A DNA stretch of 64,000 nt from Flavobacteriaceae bacterium (lineage in GTDB: Bacteria; Bacteroidota; Bacteroidia; Flavobacteriales; Flavobacteriaceae): NCBI GenBank assembly GCA_021647405.1, contig JAKIUU010000006.1:30148-94147 (forward strand), written 5' to 3'. The notes beneath the pieces were generated by a model. The model saw only the letters and a program-made list of their open reading frames with translations. It searched no databases and was not told the DNA's origin. Shown piece after piece: positions 61,868-64,000 of the stretch. The translations under genes were made by a program, and so were the position numbers. The stretch's first letter is position 1. Each line of letters starts with the position of its first letter.

Positions 61868-64000
61868 CTAATTCAAATTAAAATTGATTTGATGGGCTTC
61901 CAAGCCTTCTAAAAGCTCTTTAGACATTTTTACTTTATAATTGCGGCTGTGTAGCTTTAATCTGATTTTAGACTCATTATCAGTCACTTCAAAGCTAACA
62001 ACTTTATCGCCTTTATGTGCTTTAAGAATCTTGTCTATGTTTTTAATATAGGGTTCTGAGAGTTTATTTAAATCTACGTTTAAAGTGATTTTTTTGGTGA
62101 GGTTTTCCATAATGTTTTGCAGCATTTTAATGTCTAAAAATTTTAACAATACCTGCCCTTCATTCCATCCCCTGTCTATTTTAACTTTACAATGCAAAAA
62201 CGAATTGGGCACCAAAAAATGTTTAAATTTTAAATAATTTTCGCTAAACATTCTAAATTCAAAAGTATCTGTAAAGTCTTCAATAACAAAAGAGGCCCAA
62301 CCTTTTCCGTTTTTAGAAACCCTGTGCTGTACATCTGTAATAATACCTGCAAAAGTTAATTCTTTACCCAATAATGCCTCTTGGTTGTTAAATAAATTTA
62401 CCTTGGCATTACAAAAATTTCTAATTTCTAACTTGTAATCATCAAGCGGATGACCTGAAATATACATCCCAATAACCTCTTTCTCTTTGGCTAATTTTTC
62501 CATGATGTTCCATGACTCACATTCAGGAAATTTTGGCTCCTCAAATTGCACGTCAGAAGTATCGCCAAAAAGAGACACTTGCGCCGCATTTTTATTTTCT
62601 TGGTATTTATTGCCAAAACGAATGGCTTTCTCAATAAAAGTTTGGTTTTTTTCGTCGAGCGCAAAATATTGAGAGCGGTGTACAGGTGCTAAAGAATCGA
62701 AAGCTCCCGATAAAATTAAGCCATCAAATACGCGCTTATTTACCGAGCGCAAATCCACACGTTTGGTAACATCAAAAATAGAACGGTAATTGCCTTCTGC
62801 CTTACGCTCTTTAACAATAGCTCTTACGGCATTGGCACCCACACCTTTTACAGCCGCCATCCCAAACCTAATAGCCCCCTTTTTATTTACCGAAAATTTG
62901 AGGAAACTTTCATTTACGTCTGGCCCCAATACTTCTAGACCAGAGCGTTTACACTCTTCCATAAAAAAGCCTACTTGTTTAATATCATTCATATTATTAG
63001 ACAAACAAGCTGCCATAAATTCGGCGGGGTAATGGGCTTTTAAATAGGCGGTTTGATAGGCTATAAAAGCATAACAGGTAGAATGCGATTTGTTAAAGGC
63101 GTAAGCCGCAAATTTTTCCCAGTCCTTCCAAATTTTTTCGAGTATATTTTCAGGATGTCCATTAGACTTACCTCCTTTTATAAATTTGGGTTTTAATTTT
63201 TCAAGTAGTGCAAAAATCTTTTTACCCATCGCTTTACGCAAAACATCCGCTTCGCCTTTTGTAAAATTGGCCAATTTTTGCGACAGCAACATCACTTGTT
63301 CTTGATAAACGGTTACACCATAGGTCTCTTTTAGATATTCTTCCATTTCTGGAAGGTCATATTCTATAGCTTCTTCGCCGTGCTTGCGCTGAATAAAAAG
63401 CGGAATGTACTCCATTGGCCCTGGGCGATACAAGGCGTTCATAGCAATAAGATCGGCAAATTCTGTTGGCTTTAATAATTTTAAATTCTTCTGCATTCCC
63501 AACGATTCATACTGAAAAATACCCACTGTCTCACCTCGCTGAAAGAGTTCGAATGTTTTAATATCATCTAAAGGGAAATCGTCTGGTACCAAATTTTCAC
63601 CATGAAGTGCTTTTACTATTTTAACAACATCTTTTATTAATGTCAATGTTTTTAAACCTAAAAAATCCATTTTAAGCAGGCCTGCATCTTCAACCACATG
63701 ATTGTCAAATTGGGTCACAAACATTTCGGAATCTTTGGCTTTGGCAATGGGTACTAGATTTGAAATATTTTCTGGCGAAATTATCAGCCCACAGGCATGG
63801 GTGCCTGTATTTCTGACAGAACCTTCAAGGGCCTTGGCTTTTTTAAGTGTTTCGGCAGCAAGGTCATCACCTTTTTCGAGTTCAATTAAAGCTTTAACGT
63901 TTACGAGTTCATCGTCTTTAAGAGCCGCGCGTTTGCCTTTACTTTTGTCATCATCACCAAAAATATCTTTAAGTTTGATTCCAGGAATCATTTTGGCAAT
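61868..64000 (-). CDS. dnaE: DNA polymerase III alpha subunit, C-terminal part (gene continues beyond the window)
   Basis: The reading frame stays open to the window edge. It contains FDLLKMDFLGLKTL-type and YRPGPM motifs, an HhH region and a C-terminal OB-fold region. Confidence 0.9.
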   Translation of the reverse strand: MAKMIPGIKLKDIFGDDDKSKGKRAALKDDELVNVKALIELEKGDDLAAETLKKAKALEGSVRNTGTHACGLIISPENISNLVPIAKAKDSEMFVTQFDNHVVEDAGLLKMDFLGLKTLTLIKDVVKIVKALHGENLVPDDFPLDDIKTFELFQRGETVGIFQYESLGMQKNLKLLKPTEFADLIAMNALYRPGPMEYIPLFIQRKHGEEAIEYDLPEMEEYLKETYGVTVYQEQVMLLSQKLANFTKGEADVLRKAMGKKIFALLEKLKPKFIKGGKSNGHPENILEKIWKDWEKFAAYAFNKSHSTCYAFIAYQTAYLKAHYPAEFMAACLSNNMNDIKQVGFFMEECKRSGLEVLGPDVNESFLKFSVNKKGAIRFGMAAVKGVGANAVRAIVKERKAEGNYRSIFDVTKRVDLRSVNKRVFDGLILSGAFDSLAPVHRSQYFALDEKNQTFIEKAIRFGNKYQENKNAAQVSLFGDTSDVQFEEPKFPECESWNIMEKLAKEKEVIGMYISGHPLDDYKLEIRNFCNAKVNLFNNQEALLGKELTFAGIITDVQHRVSKNGKGWASFVIEDFTDTFEFRMFSENYLKFKHFLVPNSFLHCKVKIDRGWNEGQVLLKFLDIKMLQNIMENLTKKITLNVDLNKLSEPYIKNIDKILKAHKGDKVVSFEVTDNESKIRLKLHSRNYKVKMSKELLEGLEAHQINFNLN

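Overview
This is a 64-kb chromosomal window from an AT-rich Bacteroidota genome, most likely a Flavobacteriia member. Supporting signs are the sprA gliding/T9SS gene, an alternative complex III plus aa3 oxidase cluster, an N-acyl-ornithine-type arg operon, and TAnnTTTG -7 boxes with no Shine-Dalgarno sites. All calls rest on reading the ORF translations and the DNA by eye; no database search was possible.

Gene content is mostly core, in this order:
- arg operon (92-5755, minus strand)
- ilvD-B-N-C-A (6107-12798, minus)
- an unknown all-helical protein (13060-14604, minus)
- leuA-C-D-B (14756-19025, plus)
- alkB, a nitroreductase and a penicillin-acylase-family gene
- ctaD-ctaC plus actF-E-D-C-B-A (23865-35166, minus)
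- SPOR protein and ruvB, a RelE/ParE toxin-antitoxin pair, queG, maeB
- ruvA-sprA-gcvH, then VanZ, a TonB-like protein, an LbH acetyltransferase and an outer-membrane barrel protein
- gpmI, a CoA-transferase, map and a methyltransferase
- an AT-rich AbiEi/AbiEii type IV toxin-antitoxin islet
- mpl, a hypothetical gene, and the 3' part of dnaE running off the window

I saw no rRNA, tRNA, CRISPR array, transposase or integrase.

The observations most worth a second look are:
1. Two in-frame CGC-CGC-CGC (Arg-Arg-Arg) mini-ORFs sit in the spacer upstream of the arg operon. They are a candidate arginine-sensing leader or attenuator.
2. ActA carries a 318-nt tandem duplication that gives it two near-identical N-terminal cytochrome c domains.
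3. The AbiE islet is flanked by twin AATCGG-N7-CCGATT inverted repeats on one side. On the other side is a 368-bp non-coding spacer with 36-nt direct repeats.
4. A TonB-C-like domain is fused to an outer-membrane barrel whose gene is translationally coupled (TAATG) to a sugar N-acetyltransferase gene.

I found no convincing large, entirely novel multi-gene system.
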